The notes under the pieces are model-generated. The model saw only the letters and a program-made list of their open reading frames with translations, did no database searches and was not told the origin of the DNA. This document shows, piece by piece, positions 43,143-53,464 of a stretch of DNA of 64,000 nucleotides. Origin of the DNA: Eledone cirrhosa (lineage: Eukaryota); assembly GCA_964016885.1 (NCBI GenBank), contig OZ024759.1:29202001-29266000 (forward strand), read 5' to 3'. A program made the translations under genes and the position numbers. Positions within the stretch are counted from its first letter, which is position 1. Each line of letters begins with the position of its first letter.

Positions 43143-46100
43143 GATAGATAGATAGATGCATTGCCAAAGAAAAATTGGATAACAAGCAAAAGAACTTATA
43201 GGTAGTAAAATTCCGATTATTTTCAGAATTTTACCATCTATATGTAAGTTCTTTTGCCTGTTATCCAATTTTTTTTTGGCAATGCATTATATAGATATAT
43301 ATATATATATAGATATATGTGGATGGTAAGAATATATATATATATATATAATATATGAGCCATCATTATCAGCCAGGTATGAAGGTTTTATCTACAACCA
43401 TCTCAGGTAGAAACTATAATTATTAGCCAGGTATAAAGAGAGAGGTGTCAGTGACTTACCTGTGGATGTTCTAAGATACGTCGTACACCAGCAACAAGAT
43501 GATTAAGAAACTGGGCCCTTTCATCATTATTGAACAATGAACGCCGAACTGATGCCACTTGCACAAGACAAGAGAGAGCCTGCAATGGAATACATACAAG
43601 TGTAAATGTGTGTGTGTGTTCATCATCGCATAATGTCTACTTCACATGCCTACATGACTTAGAAAGGTTGCCGCATGTTGAGGCCAGACAGATGAGGTGA
43701 CCATGTCCTGCTTAAATATGGTAGACAGTGTCTCATTAGAAGAAATATGGTAATGAAATGGTTAACTGAGAAATGTTTTACAACTCACCATTGAAGATAA
43801 TGAAGATGGGAGTCCTGCATACAAATCAAAAAATAACTGTAGCGTACTGAAATCAAGAAAAACTGGAAAAGAAGATGGAATTATAAATATATTTAGTAGT
43901 GACAGAGAAAACAGAGAGAGATATGTCATTGGTGATAGGTAGGGAATGGTAGAAAACCTGCAAACAAAGGGTCGGGAGGCCTCTTCAGCTGTGTCTACTG
44001 TTGGTGCCACAATAAGATGTACTAGGTAGAACATAGGAACATATGTAAGCTGAGATGCAAGTCCCTGAGCCATCTGAGCTCTGTGTAAAGTGCAGGAATG
44101 TATGTAAACAAACCATGTCACTTCCTGCCCCCTATTTTTTATTGATTTTTACCAAAGTTTTAACTCTTTTGTTACCAAACCACCTGATACTGTCCATTGA
44201 TTTATGGTTATGGCAGAAAAATGTTTTTAAATATTTATATTTAGCTAAAATTCTCCAATTTTATATGAGAACCTTTGTTAAGTTATGTTCCAAACAGCAA
44301 CTTAATAACGAGAAAGTAATTTATATTATAAATACCACCAAACTTTTGATTATTTTCAAAATTATTTTAAAATCCTAAACAGGGTGTTTGTGTCATTTAA
44401 GGTTTATTTCACCTAACTTAGCAGTTGGGCAAAATATGTACCAGTGTTGAAAAAAACAAGTACTGGCGTCAATATATTCTGTTCTTTATGTGAAGGTCAT
44501 GGGGGTAGAGTCTTCAGGCACACCTTCCAGAGGGTCCATTGTACCAGACGTGTGATCTCTTGATGCCAAGAAGTAGCAGCTCAACCTGGAGTGACTCTGA
44601 CCTCCAAGCTACGCACCCTATAGAGTAACATTACACCGAAGACCTTTTAGAAGTGAGGTATATGTAAAAGCTGAACTCGCTGTCTTAAATTCAGTATTTT
44701 TACCTGTTCTTACCCACGGTCATGTATCTTGAGTAGTGAACAAAAGAATACAATCATGAATACAGGTGGACAAAACAAGTTCCTCAGATAGAGCCACTAT
44801 GACTGACTGAAATTAAGGTGGTTGACTAGTAGAATTGGTAGAGCGTTGGATAAAATGCCACTGTGGGATTTGTTCTGGCTCTTTACATTCCTAGTTCAAA
44901 TCCTGTCAAGGTCAATTTTGCATTTCATCTTTCTAAGGTTGATGAAATAAAATACCTGTCAAATACTGGGATTGGTTCGTAACTTTACACTTACCCCCAA
45001 ATTTGCTGGCCTAATGTCTAAATTAGAAATCAATATAATAGGACAAAAATCCCTTTAATGTGTTGCTCGAGCACAGCTGCAATTTAATGACTAAGGAGGA
45101 AGGAAGTTAATTGATAAGATCCCAGACCTCATTTCCTGATCAAGTAGGGTGGACTTCTTCAAATCAGATCAAGGAAACAATGTTTCCTTTGGTCTTTCCA
45201 TTGCTGATATTATCTAGAAGTTGCAACTCCTGGCAGAAAGAGCAACGAGAAATAAAGTGTCTTGCTTAAGGACATAACACATCGCCTGGTCTGGGAATCG
45301 AACTCTCAACCTCATGATTACAAATAGGATAGAACTTGTGAAATCAGAACTCTCAACCTCACAATTAGAAATCCAATTCTCTAACCACTGAGTCATCCAA
45401 TTCTCTAACCACTGAGTCATCCAATTCTCTAACCACTAAGTCACTCACCTTGGCTGTGAATGACAAGTAAAAGATAGAAATAAAAAACAGCTAGTCTACC
45501 TGATCGCCAACTTGTTGGAATTTGGACAGTACAAAGGTCGTCTGAAGATTCATCTGTGGATGCTCCTATGAAGTCAAATGTTAAGCAGTTGAGGGCTAAT
45601 CGCAGGGAATGGGACAACAGACCATGCTGTGAATGGGGTGGAAAACAAAAGAGAGAGAGAGAAAGGAAAATATTAAACATGTTAGCTTGGAACTGACATT
45701 TAATCGAGGAGAAAAAAGTGAAAATGAAATGAAATTTACAGCTCACAACTATCTACGAGGGTTGGCTGAAAGGTTTATAGGTTCACTATGAAGGAGTGAT
45801 GCTAGAGCTGTGAAATCTTGCATGCATTAATTTCAACTCTTCTTGTTAATAACTACATTGTTTCTTTCCAAGGAAATAAACCATATTTGGTCATTCCATG
45901 AGAGTATCTTGGTCAGCTTATGAACTTAGTAGGTTTAGCTGGCCTCCTACATGGTTGTATCTCATTGGAGGTTTCTTGGGTACTTTAATGATAGGGATCC
46001 CACTCTAGTCCTATTATGTTGCTGATACAGCTCACAACTATGTAGATTTAGCTGGCATCCTACATGGTTGCATTTCATAGGAAGTTTCTTGGGTGTTTAA

Positions 46101-46329
46101 CTTTAACCCATTTGATAAAACATCTGAAACCGCTTCTGCCTCTATGATACAAAACTTTTAAAGTGTTTGAGTGAGCCGGTTTAGTCACCAACCACTAGAC
46201 CATGAAGCAGGTTGTACTGGGTTACATGGTACCAGTAGCCCCCTCCACCCATTTCCAGAGACCTACCTACACGCAAATTCTAAATAATATAATATATACT
46301 ATGTATAAATATATATTTTTATTTTACTA

Positions 46330-46372
<43 letters not shown>

Positions 46373-48184
46373 TTTGATATTTAATATACTATTATATCAT
46401 CTCTACCACTCCCCCAGCGCCCCCTGGATCTTCTCAATGCCCCCGGGGGACAGTAGCCCCCACTTTGAAAGCCTCCACCATAACAAGTTATGAAATAACC
46501 TCAGTAATGAAATAATTGATAATGTTAGTAAATCCTTCAAAATTCTTCATTAATTAATTTTTAAAATAGTCTATTTCATTAGAACTATGGTCGTTAAAGG
46601 GTTAAAAAAAATGTTTAAATCATAAGCCGAGTTTTTTTCATTAAAAGTCTGGTAATAATGAAAGGATTAATATCAAAATGGCATTGCTTACCTGACTGTC
46701 ATCAGAAAAATCAAGAGTTTTTAGATTTCCTTCAGCTGTTCGAAGTAATGAACAAGCTAGCTGGAATATCTCGTAAAGCTGAGTGTCTCGGAAAGATGAG
46801 GCAGTTTTACGATGTTTGGTGATTGATCTGCTGGCTTCAGCCTGGACATACACACACAGAGAAACATCAAAAGATCAATGAAATTTATGTGATTAAAGGA
46901 GGGTTCTATCACTAAATAGATTTAGGAATTACTGCTATACACACATATATATACTGTGTGGTGTGTATTCAGTTTAGAATAGGTACACAGTATTCTTTGC
47001 ATAGCATAAGAAGAGACTATAAACATTAGTGTTTGGAAGGGTAGCTGGCTATAAAACATTGCCCATAGCCTTAATAAAATGAATATATATATATGCATGT
47101 ATGTATATATGTATATGTGCTTGCATGTATATATGTACTAGCTGATGTACCCGGCTTCACAAGGGTAAACAGATAAGAGAAGACAGGTAGAGGAGAAAAT
47201 GGCTGCATTGGATGTTTGTCTGGTATACAGTATGAGGCAAGACCATGGAGAGTGTGTGATAAAAGAAAAAGAAAACAGTAAAACATTTTCCAGATACACC
47301 AGATTCTTTGTTTTACCGTTCGTGCATATTATATGAAGATTTCTAGGTGTTCCCACTCATGAACAACCTATATATAACTGTCCATGGGTAAAAAGTTAAT
47401 TCCCTTGTATTCAATCCTACAACTTTGAAACTGAGCTTTATTTATGGTCATAGCAAAACTGGCTCTGACAGGGAACTGAAGACTTGAGAATTTGAATGAC
47501 AGCTCAGTAGAGAAAGGAATGAGAGGAATCTTGAGAATAAATGGACTTTTTCCTTGATGATTGCCTCCAAGAATAGTGACCTCTAGGAGATGGTGGTTCA
47601 TCTTCTGCCTGACTGTGATGTATATATATATATGGAGGCACATGGCTTAGTGGTTAGAGCATTGGCCTTGCAATCGAAAGGTTGTGAGTTCAATTCTCAG
47701 ACCGGGTGATGTGTTGTTTCCTTGAGCAAGACACTTTATTTCACATTGCTCCAGTTTACTCCGCTGTAGAAATGAGATGATAGGGACTGGGGTCCCTATC
47801 ATTCCACTGCAAAAAAGCACCCAGCACTCACTGTAAATGAGGTTGGTATTAGGAAGGGCATCCAGCTGTAGAAATCAAGCCAGAATCAGTTCCCGTCCCA
47901 CCCTTGCAAGCAGGGAAAAGCGGACGTAAAATGAAATGATGATGATGATATATATATCACACTGTAAAGTGGTCGTTTTGGTGCCATGACAAAAAGCAGC
48001 CAGCACACACTGTAAATGTGGTTGCCATTAAGAAGGGCATCCAGCTGTAGAAATCAAGCTAGAAACAGTTCTGTATGAGCAAGACAGTCACCTCACCTGG
48101 CTTGTCTCAAATGAGACAACCTGTCTAACTCATGCTAGCATGGAAAATAGACATTAAACAATGATGATTTTATGTGTGTGTATT

Positions 48185-48243
<59 letters not shown>

Positions 48244-48290
48244 ATAATAATAAATTTGAAGACTAAAATCCAAAGAGGGCTGTTATTTTA

Positions 48291-48364
<74 letters not shown>

Positions 48365-51300
48365 CCAGTGCAAATGAGAAGTATTAACCATCTGACTATA
48401 ACAAGGGAAATAATGAGAAGTGTAATTAACTTACCTCACTTAATTGGTTCATTTCACATACTAATTGGGACAGCAATTGGACTCCTATCATGACATGTTG
48501 TGTGGACATACTCTGACAAATAGAGAGAAAACACACATTAGATTTACAGTTGACATGTATGTGTGTATGCATATATAGAGAGATGTAGTGGTCTAGTGTA
48601 TGTGTATGTGTGTGTGTATACATAGAGAGATATAGTGATTAAGTGTGTGTTTGTGTGAGCCTGTGTATACATAGAGATGTAGTGACCAAGAGTATGTGTG
48701 TATGTGTGTGTATATATATAGAAGATATAGTAGGCTAAGTGTATGTATAGAGATGTAGAGAACATATGTATGAATGTGTGTATACATAGAGATATAATGA
48801 CCAAATGTATGTGTGTGTCTACATAGAGATGTAGTGGTCAAGTGTATACATAGATATTGTGGTCATGGGTATATGTGTCCCTGTGTATACATAGATAAAT
48901 GTAGTGGTCGTGTGTATGTGTGCCCCTGTGTATACACACAGAAATGTAGTGACCAACGGTTATGTCCCTATCTATCTATCTTCAGACAATAAAAACAACC
49001 TCTATCTACTTGTTTATCTATCTGTCTATCATTTGTTTATGTGGTTTCATGTGATTTGTTTATTTAAATATTTCTAGAATCTTTACAAGAGCACATATCG
49101 TGAAAATCTGCAGTATTGAGTAAAGACATTAATATTTAATGTGATGCAGTCATAGTGTTGTTTGGAACTTTTCAACAATATTTTGCTTATGTGGTTGATT
49201 AATTCAAATATTTATAGTATCTTTATTAGTGGACAGATTATTGTGAACATCTGCAGTATTAGAGTAAAGACATTAATATTTAATGTGATGCAGGAACTGT
49301 ACTGTTTGGTACTGTTTTTCTAATGCCGTACAAGACATTAAGAGTTAAACAACACCGTCCTTAGTCAAATGAATACAATGCTATACAAACCTGAATGAAT
49401 TTGGCTACGTCTTGTACTGCATTTCGGAATACACACTCATCCTTCTGTACATCAAACCAGCCCAGTTTTGTGATACGTGCAAAAAGCTGTGTTAATAGTG
49501 AAACAGAAAATATACACTTATATTAGAAATAAAAACCCTATATAAATTATCGTCATTTTAAATCTGTGTTACATGCTGGCATGGGTAAGACAGGTTGTCA
49601 TAGTTTGAGACTAGATGAGATTGAGGGACCTCATCTTGCCTGAATGTTCTATATTTGACATGGTTTCTATTGCTGGATGTCTTTTCTAATGCCTAAGACC
49701 CTACAGGGTGTACTGGGTATATTTTATCATAGCACCAGCACTAACACTTTACAGTGTATACTAGGTGTATTTTATCATAGCACCAGCACTTACACTTTAC
49801 AAAGTGTACTGAGTGTATTTTATCATAGCACCATATGTTGGACATATGATCAAAATGTTGTGGGTTCCATTCCTTCACTGGGTTGTGTGTTGTGTTCTTG
49901 TACTCTCAGTTGCTTAAAGCCAAGGAAACTGAGATAAGCACCAGCCAGATGTACCTCCAAGCTCAAGACAGACTTTAGACTGGGTGACACTAGAGAGACT
50001 GTTGATTCTTTGACATAGCTGAAGAGTCCTCGACTTTTAGTTTAGCACTCTTTCTATGGCTGGAGGCCCTTTATATCACCAAACACTTTACAGGGTGTAC
50101 TGGGTGCACATAAAAGTATATATTTATACACTGTATATTCTCGTGGATAAGTCACAACTTTTGTACATAAACCTAAAAATTAGCATGCAACTTTACATGA
50201 GCTGCAAAACCTCACTTCAAATATTAAGTACTGAACCAAGAAAGCTGCATGTAAAATAGAGGTGCAACTTATACATGGGAACATATGGTGTATTATCTGA
50301 ATCTTACCTGGACCAGCGACTGTAAAACATAATGAACTAACTTTGGTCTTGTACCCAGAAAATTTAGTACATAATTTCCTAAGGAAAGAAAGAAAAAAAA
50401 AATATATATATATCATACATAAGTAAATTTGTCTCCAATATACATAACATCTCAATGAAAAAAAATCACTAAAATAAACCTAATAAACAAAAGCAAATAC
50501 ATATAGAACATCTTATATTAAATCACCAATGCGTAGATCCCAGTAATCTAAAACTAGTAAACTTCACAAACATCTTACCCAGGGGGTAGAATCTTAGTTA
50601 AGCAACCTAAAACTAGAAGGCTTCACTAAATTCCCCCTACTGCTGTTTCCAGGACCAAGAAGCACCTCAATTTGAGCAGGCATTTAAATAAATAAATGGG
50701 TTTAAACTATGCAAGTCAGGTGAAGGGTATAACGTTTGCACGTCATATTTTTTTCTATAATCAATCAACACTGTAATTCTAGTTGTCATATTTTGGTACA
50801 TTTATAAAACATAAGGAAGTGTGAAATTTTTATTTAAGAGCCACTGCAGCTCTAGAACTCCGCCAGCCAGTAACCCAAACTGACCCATGACCTTATAAGA
50901 TTCAGGTGATTTTTCTGGGACATTTTTTTTGGGGAAAAGTGAGTCTTCTAAGCCATCAAATACGGTATATATATAAATTGGATAACAATATTGTACTTAA
51001 GCTTCCTTGTGGTTAGACAAAAGACACGTGGTTAGACAAAATAAACATACAAACAAATACGTGATAGCGTTATACACATACACATTACAACACAAGACAA
51101 ATCACAGAAATTTATTTGATGAAACTAAGAGAGCATTAATTAATCAAAGAACTCACACGGCCAGCTACTTACGTATGTCTATTCTTTGTTCCAAAGGTAA
51201 TGTCAAATTTGGACGACTGACCAATTTTGTAAGAGTTGAAGCTGCCAGAAGTTGTGCATAGGGAGACTGAAAGTAAGAAATAGATGACAAAATATAGAAC

Positions 51301-53114
51301 AAAAACAAACACAGGGGAAAAAGTACTCAATAGCAAAATAGAGTGTATTACATATTTATAATAGGGCGGTGGATTGGCAGAATCGGTAGAGCATCAGACA
51401 TGCTTCGCGGCATAGAGTTCAAATCCTGCCGAGGTTAGCTTTGCCTTTCATTCTTACGGGGGTTGATAAAATAAAGTACCAGTAACGCACTGGGGGTCGA
51501 TTTAGTCGACTTTCCCTTTAAGTTGCTGACCTTGTGCCAAATGAAGAAACAACTATATATTTATTGTATTACTGAGGTTACTCTCTGATGCGACCTCAAA
51601 GGAACAGCAGAGAGTAATCATCATCATCATCATTGTTGTTGTATGTTTACACGCTTCAGAAATAAGAAAGAGTCCAAGAAAAAGGTGTCCTCAAAAAACT
51701 GATGCACCCTGTTATATCACATAAACAAAGGGTCAAGAGGACCCTTTAGTTGTGTCATGGACATGACAGCCTTCCTAGTGTTGGTAAACGCATCCAGAAA
51801 CCCCCACTGTATGAAACAAACTGTCTAACTCATGCAAGCATGGAAAATAGACATTAGACAAACAAATATATATATCTGATAGATATGTTAGATTCACCAA
51901 TAAGTATTCCAGTTGTTCAATCAATAGAATAGCCCACTAACAAAATTAATGTGTTAACGACTGGGCACTCCACAGACATGTACCTTTAAAATAAGTCTCA
52001 GGGAGATTTAGCATGACACAGTGTGTGACAAGGCTGGCCTTTTGAAATACAATTACAGTTCATCTTGTATTACAGTATAAGTGGCTGAGCACTCCATGGA
52101 CAGGTGTACCTTTAAGATAAGTCTCAGGGAGATTCAGCATGATACAGTGTGTGATAAAGCTGGCCTTTTGAAATACAGTTACAGTAGTCCATCAGACAAA
52201 TTTCCAAACAGTTTCCGTCTACTTGATTTCACTCACGAGGCAAGGGTCAACCTGAGGCTAAGATAAAAGACACTTGTCCAAGAAGTCACACTGGGGCATT
52301 GAAACTGGGACCTAATGAAAGTGAAGAGAACTCCTTAACCGTTCAGCCATGCAATTACGCTTCTAATGGGAATATCAAATTATTCTGGTGGTCAGTGAAA
52401 ACTTTGGATAAAACATGGATAGTGGTGGAAGTAAAAAGAAAGCTTATCAATTAACATGAATCATTGTGTCCAGTAGATAAATAACTAACAGGCTTGAGAC
52501 AACTGGACTGCAAGGTGGAATGTCAGGGTCAAATCATTTATGGGATTTTATGTAGAGTTAAAGACTAAACTGACTAACTCTTTTCATACCAAGTTACCTA
52601 AAACTATCTCTGGTTCTATTATAAAAAAAAAACCTGCTTGTTTTAAAATGTTTATATTTATCTAAAGTTAGAACTTTTGTTAAGCTATGCCCCAAGCACC
52701 CAGGTTCAATTTTCTGGAAGAACCTTTGTTAAGCTATGCCCCAAGCACACAGGTTCAATTTTCTGGAAGAACCTTTGTTAAGTTATGCACCACCCAATCC
52801 AGGAATGGCAGCCATGATCTTATGGTTTTGATTCCTTCCCCCTAACCACAAGGCAACGCTCCACCCAGTCCAGGAATGCCACCCACAACCTTATAGTTTT
52901 CAGTTCATCACGTTAACCACAAGAGCACAAAAAAAAAAAAACTAAGCGTGTGTTGGATTGTACTTACATTTCCTCTTTCTAACAAAAGTTGACATTTACT
53001 AAGACAATCTGGGGAAGAGGCAAAAGCAACGAGGGCCTTCTCAGCATCACTACGTAAACTGCTGTCAGCAGTTTCATACATCTGCTTGCACAGATTCTCC
53101 AGCTGCAGTAGTTC
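11276..53114 (-). CDS. XPO7: Exportin-7 (RanBP16), 29 coding exons traced, 1096 aa; first ATG exon not located
   Basis: The spliced translation runs [15 protein letters not shown]...[25 protein letters not shown]...[22 protein letters not shown]...[18 protein letters not shown]...DMMSYT*, collinear with vertebrate XPO7. All exon phases join (3291 nt including stop). Confidence 0.97.
14480..15372. repeat. ~30-bp minisatellite
   Basis: TCAATTTGACATGTCCCC.AAA.AC...G, many diverged copies. Confidence 0.9.
15580..16665. repeat. compound minisatellite (~34-bp array switching to a 24-bp array)
   Basis: CAGGGTACATAGCAGTATTACAGACACACCACAA, then CAGCTGGGTACATCGCCAGTATTA. Confidence 0.95.
19340..19690 (-). 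mobile_element. degraded CR1/L2-group LINE 3' fragment
   Basis: ..[14 protein letters not shown] remnant on the minus strand. Confidence 0.55.
19899..20390. repeat. 24-bp minisatellite
   Basis: CTACGCTCCACTCGCAACCGAGAG, about 20 copies. Confidence 0.95.
21515..21835. repeat. 46-bp minisatellite derived from a dispersed-repeat segment
   Basis: CACAATAAAATGTACCCAGTACACTCTGTAAAGTAGTGG..., about 7 copies. Confidence 0.9.
22309..23411 (+). mobile_element. Helitron remnant (5' TC terminus and PIF1-helicase C-terminal fragment)
   Basis: A|TCTATATTATAAAGC start; [39 protein letters not shown] at ~23210-23411; continuity between the two parts is inferred. Confidence 0.7.
25170..25895. repeat. 50-bp minisatellite
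   Basis: CAGCTTGGACGGTGATCTAAGGAAGAAAATATTAGCCAGAGAGGAAACTC, 7 near-identical copies (25331-25680) with degenerate flanks. Confidence 0.95.
28560..28687 (-). CDS. XPO7: XPO7 exon [10 protein letters not shown]...KNRD
   Basis: AG/GT, 128 nt. Confidence 0.95.
30027..30125 (-). CDS. XPO7: XPO7 exon [33 protein letters not shown]
   Basis: AG/GT, 99 nt. Confidence 0.96.
30614..30774 (-). CDS. XPO7: XPO7 exon TMVCTGCC...EILQQ
   Basis: AG/GT, 161 nt. Confidence 0.95.
31056..31194 (-). CDS. XPO7: XPO7 exon [10 protein letters not shown]...LTAL
   Basis: AG/GT, 139 nt. Confidence 0.95.
31604..31763 (-). CDS. XPO7: XPO7 exon [17 protein letters not shown]...NDLL
   Basis: AC acceptor, GT donor, 160 nt. 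Confidence 0.95.
31764..32585 (-). other. U12-type AT-AC intron of XPO7
   Basis: 5'ss ATATCCTTTT; branch site TCCTTAAC (31780-31787); ends ...tttctcAC|G TTA AAA GGA; restores [13 protein letters not shown] in frame. Confidence 0.95.
32586..32640 (-). CDS. XPO7: XPO7 exon [17 protein letters not shown]
   Basis: 55 nt; followed by ATATCCTTT donor. Confidence 0.93.
32952..33034 (-). CDS. XPO7: XPO7 exon [13 protein letters not shown]...VSY
   Basis: AG/GT, 83 nt. Confidence 0.95.
33520..33765 (-). mobile_element. RTE LINE fragment
   Basis: degenerate match to 56170-56400 (KGFS, RLYD, MLHGSET, RLEKNEA). Confidence 0.75.
33792..33899 (-). CDS. XPO7: XPO7 exon [19 protein letters not shown]...AQN
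   Basis: 108 nt. Confidence 0.95.
33900..34430 (-). other. U12-type (minor spliceosome) GT-AG intron of XPO7
   Basis: 5'ss GTATCCTTTT; branch site TTCCTTAAT (33909-33917) 9 nt before the end TAG; no polypyrimidine tract. Confidence 0.93.
34431..34519 (-). CDS. XPO7: XPO7 exon [12 protein letters not shown]...NFDW
   Basis: 89 nt; followed by U12 donor GTATCCTTTT. Confidence 0.95.
35455..35522 (-). CDS. XPO7: XPO7 exon AFDAVGNML...EEAK
   Basis: AG/GT, 68 nt. Confidence 0.93.
35521..35800. repeat. ~57-bp minisatellite containing an XPO7 splice acceptor
   Basis: AGCTACAATATAAG..GAGACAGAATCATGGAATATAAGATTACATCAATAGT x5. Confidence 0.9.
36707..36863 (-). CDS. XPO7: XPO7 exon SDHFPFLG...FMLPLT
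   Basis: AG/GT, 157 nt. Confidence 0.95.
37190..37470 (-). mobile_element. RTE-type LINE 3' fragment (second lineage)
   Basis: [19 protein letters not shown] motif. Confidence 0.65.
37642..37786 (-). CDS. XPO7: XPO7 exon [11 protein letters not shown]...NNHT
   Basis: AG/GT, 145 nt. Confidence 0.95.
38225..38727 (+). mobile_element. RTE (BovB-like) LINE 3' fragment
   Basis: [37 protein letters not shown]; (TGAA)n tail. Confidence 0.8.
38845..38918 (-). CDS. XPO7: XPO7 exon VYRRLSEVL...FIGK
   Basis: AG/GT, 74 nt. Confidence 0.95.
39399..39534 (-). CDS. XPO7: XPO7 exon [12 protein letters not shown]...KTSK
   Basis: AG/GT, 136 nt. Confidence 0.95.
39949..40054 (-). CDS. XPO7: XPO7 exon [10 protein letters not shown]...GELVC
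   Basis: AG/GT, 106 nt. Confidence 0.95.
40559..40691 (-). CDS. XPO7: XPO7 exon [13 protein letters not shown]...AVQQ
   Basis: AG/GT, 133 nt. Confidence 0.95.
41503..41560 (-). CDS. XPO7: XPO7 exon [19 protein letters not shown]
   Basis: AG/GT, 58 nt. Confidence 0.95.
41819..41991 (-). CDS. XPO7: XPO7 exon [13 protein letters not shown]...HVAL
   Basis: AG/GT, 173 nt. Confidence 0.96.
42386..42532 (-). CDS. XPO7: XPO7 exon [15 protein letters not shown]...TSLR
   Basis: AG/GT, 147 nt. Confidence 0.96.
43460..43579 (-). CDS. XPO7: XPO7 exon [16 protein letters not shown]...EHPQ
   Basis: AG/GT, 120 nt. Confidence 0.95.
43789..43862 (-). CDS. XPO7: XPO7 exon [14 protein letters not shown]...SSM
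   Basis: AG/GT, 74 nt. Confidence 0.95.
45500..45626 (-). CDS. XPO7: XPO7 exon [10 protein letters not shown]...PTSWRS
   Basis: AG/GT, 127 nt. Confidence 0.95.
46692..46841 (-). CDS. XPO7: XPO7 exon [12 protein letters not shown]...DDSQ
   Basis: AG/GT, 150 nt. Confidence 0.95.
47138..47615 (-). mobile_element. Helitron 3' fragment with intact terminus
   Basis: [27 protein letters not shown] helicase remnants; 3' hairpin ACCC..GGGT then CTAG followed by T. Confidence 0.85.
47634..47777 (+). mobile_element. tRNA-derived SINE family B (CORE-like centre)
   Basis: TGGCTTAGTGGTTAGAGC...GAGTTCAATTC...CCTTGAGCAAGACACTT. Other copies ~13440-13572, 23790-23920, 35075-35220, 36360-36500, 45220-45440, 56680-57090. 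Confidence 0.8.
48435..48512 (-). CDS. XPO7: XPO7 exon [10 protein letters not shown]...NQLSE
   Basis: AG/GT, 78 nt. Confidence 0.93.
49391..49486 (-). CDS. XPO7: XPO7 exon [12 protein letters not shown]...KFIQ
   Basis: AG/GT, 96 nt. Confidence 0.95.
50308..50378 (-). CDS. XPO7: XPO7 exon [12 protein letters not shown]...SLVQ
   Basis: AG/GT, 71 nt. Confidence 0.95.
51173..51266 (-). CDS. XPO7: XPO7 exon [10 protein letters not shown]...EQRIDI
   Basis: AG/GT, 94 nt. Confidence 0.95.
51364..51550 (+). mobile_element. tRNA-derived SINE family A (representative copy)
   Basis: A-box-like GGATTGGCAGAATCGGTAGAGC, B-box GAGTTCAAATCC, body TTTGCCTTTCATCC..GATAAAATAAAGTACCAG. Many other copies: ~5900-6313, 7610-8070, 11660-12295, 18510-18720, 20652-21270, 24523-24750, 38995-39365, 44818-45035, 62900-64000. 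Confidence 0.85.
52968..53114 (-). CDS. XPO7: XPO7 exon [10 protein letters not shown]...LLERGN
   Basis: tttag|...|gtaag, 147 nt. Confidence 0.95.
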
Positions 53115-53357
53115 CTAAAGAGAGAGAAATAGAGACATACAGATAAACACTGAATTTATATACCAGCAAAACAATCATAATAAAACTCATGGTCACATCA
53201 CCACCACTTTGTGCATCTACTAAGTAACAAGAAACCATCTAAAAGTATAATATATATATATATATACTATAGTAAAAGTTAGGTGGGGATATCCAAGAGT
53301 AAGAGCACTCAGTCCATAGGACAAGTTCAGTATAAATAATTACAACAGTGACATAGG

Positions 53358-53405
53358 CAGATACTCAAGTTTCGTTGGGTTCTGGGCCCCAACTCATTCA
53401 GCCTG
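53358..53405 (-). ncRNA. candidate minimal type I hammerhead ribozyme (inverted twin, sense to XPO7 pre-mRNA)
   Basis: CAGG CTGAATGA GTTGGG gcccagaa CCCAAC GAAAC ttga GTA TCTG. Confidence 0.65.
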
Positions 53406-53416
53406 TCATGAGAAAA

Positions 53417-53464
53417 CAGGCTGAATGAGTTGGGGCCCAGAACCCAATGAAACTTGAGTACCTG
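53417..53464 (+). ncRNA. candidate minimal type I hammerhead ribozyme
   Basis: stem I CAGG/CCTG; core CTGA(A)TGA with a one-base insertion; stem II GTTGGG/CCCAAT; GAAA; stem III AC-TTGA-GT; GUA cleavage triplet. Confidence 0.65.

Noticed and set aside
47634-47705. tRNA gene
   Set aside because: A/B boxes are present, but there is no cloverleaf and it continues into a SINE body found in many copies.
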